A DNA stretch of 64,000 bases, taken from the NCBI GenBank assembly GCA_035299085.1, contig DATGXG010000026.1, positions 10,568-74,567 on the forward strand. Reading direction: 5' to 3'. Source of the stretch: Bacteroidales bacterium. Its GTDB lineage: Bacteria > Bacteroidota > Bacteroidia > Bacteroidales > UBA10428. Position numbers and translations under genes: made by a program. The notes below the pieces were generated by a model. That model searched no databases. It was not told where the DNA came from and saw only the letters and a program-made list of their open reading frames with translations. Of this stretch, positions 60,990-64,000 are shown in pieces. The first letter of the stretch is position 1. Each line of letters opens with the position of its first letter.

Positions 60990-61922
60990 TTGATTATGAG
61001 GAAGATATTTACAGTTGGAGAAACTGTCCTTGACATACTTTTTAAAAATAAACTGCCCGTGACGGCAAAAGCGGGGGGTGCCTGCCTCAACAGTGCTGTT
61101 ACATTGGGCAGACTTAATCTGCCGGTATTCTTTCTTGGAGAATACGGTTTGGATGAAGTGGGAAACATAATTGATGAATTTCTGCGGGACAATCATGTTT
61201 CAACGGAATTCGTCTACCGTTATTACGACGGCAAATCAACGCTTGCCCTAGCATTTCTGAATGAAAACAATGATGCCAGCTATGATTTTTACAAGATATA
61301 TCCTGAACAACGCCTGGCAGTTAATTTTCCTGAAATTAACCAGGATGATATTGTATTGTTCGGATCCATTTACGCCGTGACCATTGAAGTCAGGAAAAAG
61401 CTGATGGAATTTATCCGGCAGGCCAACCGCAAAAAAGCGATTGTTATTTATGACCCGAATTTCAGGAAACAATACCTGCACACACTTACTACATTAAAGC
61501 CACTGATTCTTGAGAACTTCAGTCATGCCAATATTGTGAGGGGTTCCAATGAGGATTTTTCATTTATCCTCGGGTCAGACAACGCCGATGAAGCCTATTC
61601 TGAAATCAGGGACTTGTGTCCAAACCTCCTTTACACAGCCAATAAAAAAGGGGTGTTTATCCGAACGGCAAAAGTTGCTGCTAAATATCCGGTTAAAACT
61701 ATTGAGCCGGTGAGCACAATTGGGGCAGGTGATAATTTCAATGCAGGAATCGTATATTCATTATACCGGAATAACATAACGCACAGGGATCTGAACAACC
61801 TGGATGAAAAAGTATGGGAATCGATTGTAACCACGGCAGTTGATTTTGCCACTCACGTGTGTATGAGTTACGACAATTATATCGCAGACGATTTCGCGGA
61901 AAAATACCGGATTACCAGTTAA
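60990..61922 (+). CDS. PfkB-family carbohydrate kinase (fructokinase/ribokinase-like)
   Basis: 310 aa. N-terminal FTVGETVLDILF and C-terminal ATP-site motif STIGAGDNFNAG. Confidence 0.8.
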   Translation: MIMRKIFTVGETVLDILFKNKLPVTAKAGGACLNSAVTLGRLNLPVFFLGEYGLDEVGNIIDEFLRDNHVSTEFVYRYYDGKSTLALAFLNENNDASYDFYKIYPEQRLAVNFPEINQDDIVLFGSIYAVTIEVRKKLMEFIRQANRKKAIVIYDPNFRKQYLHTLTTLKPLILENFSHANIVRGSNEDFSFILGSDNADEAYSEIRDLCPNLLYTANKKGVFIRTAKVAAKYPVKTIEPVSTIGAGDNFNAGIVYSLYRNNITHRDLNNLDEKVWESIVTTAVDFATHVCMSYDNYIADDFAEKYRITS

Positions 61923-62323
61923 CTGTTTTTAGTCTCAAGAAAATGTTTTTCAAGTTCCTTTTTAATGTCCCCGGGAACAGGAACCGATTTCTGTTCAGCG
62001 AAATCGAAATGTACAAGCACTGCTTTTCCCTTGGCTCCTATTTTATCGTCCTGCCAGGCTTCCTGGTAAATTTCAAAGGATGAACGGCCAAGCCTCGTGA
62101 CCCAGCTTCTGATCTCCACATCACGGCCGTAATACATCTGGTTGAGAAAGTCAACTTCAAACCTTGCCAGGATGAGATTCCATTGTTTGAGGTCCAGGTC
62201 CTTATTAAAATACCGGAAGAAAGGGTTCCTGGCTGTTTCAAACCAGGTAGGCACCACGTTGTTATTCACATGTCCAAGTCCGTCTATATCTCCGAACCGT
62301 GGTGTAATTTGAAAGGAAAACAT
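61919..62323 (-). CDS. Hotdog-fold acyl-CoA thioesterase (4HBT/YbgC-like)
   Basis: 134 aa. RFGDIDGLGHVNNNVVPTWFE is typical of 4HBT-type thioesterases. Confidence 0.8.
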   Translation of the reverse strand: MFSFQITPRFGDIDGLGHVNNNVVPTWFETARNPFFRYFNKDLDLKQWNLILARFEVDFLNQMYYGRDVEIRSWVTRLGRSSFEIYQEAWQDDKIGAKGKAVLVHFDFAEQKSVPVPGDIKKELEKHFLETKNS

Positions 62324-62333
62324 ACTATATCGG

Positions 62334-62987
62334 TTAATTTGCGGAATTCATCATGGCATCAATGGCCGCCATCTGCTCAGTGCTCAACTGATTTACTGAC
62401 CCCATAACGGATGTTAACACAGTCATCCGGGCAGCAGCTTCAAGAACTTCCATCCTGTCAAAGGCGGTAAGCAGATCTTTACCAAGGCACACAATTCCAT
62501 GGTTTTGCAAAAGAATGACATTCGGAAGTGGGTTGAATTCTGAAGCCGTTTGAGCAGTTATTTCGGCCAGCCCGGTTGTTCCCATTAAGGCATAAGGCGC
62601 CAATGCAGGTTGTCCTAAAACCGCACGGGCTTCGGCAATAAGGGAACAGTTTATGGGTTGTTTCATGGCTGTAAATGATGTGGCTACCGGGGGATGGGCA
62701 TGTACAATGGCTTTCACATCGGGACGTACTTTGTATATTGCGGCATGCATGGCGCTTTCAATGCTCAACTTTAATTCAGGAGTGAGATTTTTCCCCTCAG
62801 GGTCCATAATGCCAATATGCCTGCCCCTCACAACAGCTTTGTCAATAGCCGAAGGTGTAATTAAAATTTCTTCACCGGTATGAAAGCTGATGTTGCCTCC
62901 CGAAGCCGTTGTCAATCCCCTTGAGTATAATCTGCGCATAAAGGATGCCACCTGTTTGCGAAGGAATTTAATTTCTTTGGAAGTCAT
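62334..62987 (-). CDS. Class II aldolase/adducin-family protein
   Basis: Probable start MTSKEIKFLRKQ (62987). TTASGGNISF and HAHPP metal-binding motifs. Confidence 0.8.
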   Translation of the reverse strand: MTSKEIKFLRKQVASFMRRLYSRGLTTASGGNISFHTGEEILITPSAIDKAVVRGRHIGIMDPEGKNLTPELKLSIESAMHAAIYKVRPDVKAIVHAHPPVATSFTAMKQPINCSLIAEARAVLGQPALAPYALMGTTGLAEITAQTASEFNPLPNVILLQNHGIVCLGKDLLTAFDRMEVLEAAARMTVLTSVMGSVNQLSTEQMAAIDAMMNSAN

Positions 62988-63072
62988 GCGTTTCAGATTA
63001 AAGCCCGATGAATAATTTTTTGCAAATTTACAATCGTAAGCCGCCATAAAAGTAATTAAAAAAGCGATTGTC

Positions 63073-64000
63073 ATGGAAGCGTTGTATTATGAACGAACTG
63101 ACGGTAAGATACGATGTACTTTATGCCCTCACTTCTGCCTTGTAACTGAAGGTAATACAGGCATCTGCAAAGTGCGGCGCAATATTGGCGGCAAACTGAT
63201 AGCAGAAACCTGGGGCAAACTTTCAGCCCTTCATCATGATCCGGTTGAAAAGAAACCCCTGTATCATTTCTATCCCGGATCCCATGTTCTTTCAATTGGC
63301 AGTGTCGGCTGTAATATGCGGTGTAAGTGCTGCCAGAACTGGCAGATTTCTCAGACTTCAATACGGGAATATCAATTCGACAGGAATTACCTGCCGTCTG
63401 AAATTGCCGGACTGGCCAAATCCGATACCAGGAACCTGGGCATTGCTTTTACCTATAATGAACCCGGAATGTGGTTTGAATATATGTTGGAAACCGCGCA
63501 GCTGGTTCATGAGGCGGGACTTAAGAATATCATGGTGTCCAATGGTTTTATAAGTGAAAAACCTCTGGATGATCTGCTTCAATATATTGACGCATTTAAC
63601 ATTGATATAAAGGGTTTCACTGAGGAATTCTACAGGAAGTTCACGGGATCATCGCTTCAGCCTGTTCTGGAAAGCCTTTATCGGATCCGCAAATCAGGCC
63701 GTCATCTTGAACTGACCTGTCTTGTGGTTCCGGGGCAGAATGATGATCCTGTTGTATTCAGAGATATGACAGAATGGATATGTGATGAACTTGGTCCTGA
63801 AACCATTCTTCATATTTCAAGATATCATCCGGCATATAAAATGGGACTGGAATCAACACCTGAGGAATTGATGGAAAACCTGCTGGATATTGCGGCTGAA
63901 AAACTGAATTATGTTTATGCGGGTAACATTTATTTGAAAAATTTCCAGGATACCGTGTGCAGTAAGTGTCATACAGTTGTTATCAGGAGGGCCGGATACG
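63073..64000 (+). CDS. AmmeMemoRadiSam-system radical SAM enzyme (AmrS-like), C-terminus beyond the window
   Basis: Absent from the ORF track because there is no stop in the window. Manual translation gives MEALYYERTDGKIRCTLCPHFCLVTEGNTGICKVRRN...HFYPGSHVLSIGSVGCNMRCKCCQNWQISQ...AFTYNEPGMWFEY. It has the N-terminal Cys motif plus the CxxxCxxC radical-SAM cluster typical of this PflA-like subfamily. Confidence 0.8.
   Translation, partial: MEALYYERTDGKIRCTLCPHFCLVTEGNTGICKVRRNIGGKLIAETWGKLSALHHDPVEKKPLYHFYPGSHVLSIGSVGCNMRCKCCQNWQISQTSIREYQFDRNYLPSEIAGLAKSDTRNLGIAFTYNEPGMWFEYMLETAQLVHEAGLKNIMVSNGFISEKPLDDLLQYIDAFNIDIKGFTEEFYRKFTGSSLQPVLESLYRIRKSGRHLELTCLVVPGQNDDPVVFRDMTEWICDELGPETILHISRYHPAYKMGLESTPEELMENLLDIAAEKLNYVYAGNIYLKNFQDTVCSKCHTVVIRRAGY

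Noticed and set aside
63071-63361. 96-aa minus-strand ORF, plus the plus-strand ORF 63236..63553 and the minus-strand ORF 63358..63582
   Set aside because: All overlap the strongly supported plus-strand radical SAM gene that starts at 63073 (CxxxCxxC motif in frame), so they are shadow ORFs.

Overview
This is a 64 kb chromosomal segment, almost certainly from a member of the Bacteroidota. The lineage call rests on a T9SS C-terminal sorting domain, the exbB-exbD-tonB, tamB/tsaD and bamD-rpoZ-coaBC-DUF4835-recN gene arrangements, and several TAnnTTTG -7 promoter boxes. All calls come from reading the translated ORFs and the DNA by eye; no database search was run. The window is densely coding, with about 57 protein genes. 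I saw no rRNA, tRNA, CRISPR array, transposase or integrase. Most genes are housekeeping: glyA, tsaD, uvrB, efp, fabI, recN, coaBC, rpoZ, bamD, trxB, amtB/P-II, copA, a GH3 beta-glucosidase and a ClC channel. Three things stand out. (1) A Che-like chemosensory locus lies at 1..8455. Its main operon reads mcp-cheY-cheA-cheW-[outer-membrane beta-barrel]-cheD, with the OMP gene translationally coupled to cheW. An FNR-like regulator is encoded antisense and overlaps cheD. A second unit, cheY-smallORF-cheR, follows. A cytoplasmic PAS kinase/NarL pair lies upstream. (2) Four intergenic regions at gene 3' ends consist of two back-to-back tandem arrays of short, partly complementary units (19805, 39209, 40471, 44804). 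There are also twin 20-nt perfect palindromes at 28033/28078, and two roughly 220-250 nt elements that share ACGTCATTGCGAG...CTCGCAATGACGT termini (52828, 59595). (3) Several single-gene oddities: coaBC is split by a frameshift inside an A10 run; EF-P has TPGNLR at its loop tip instead of KPGKG; an orphan DUF1987/SiaC-like gene sits two genes from a coiled-coil class III cyclase-HD fusion; an LRR protein carries an HPD (J-like) motif; an AraC-type HTH remnant is truncated by a repeat; and the P-II protein is divergent.
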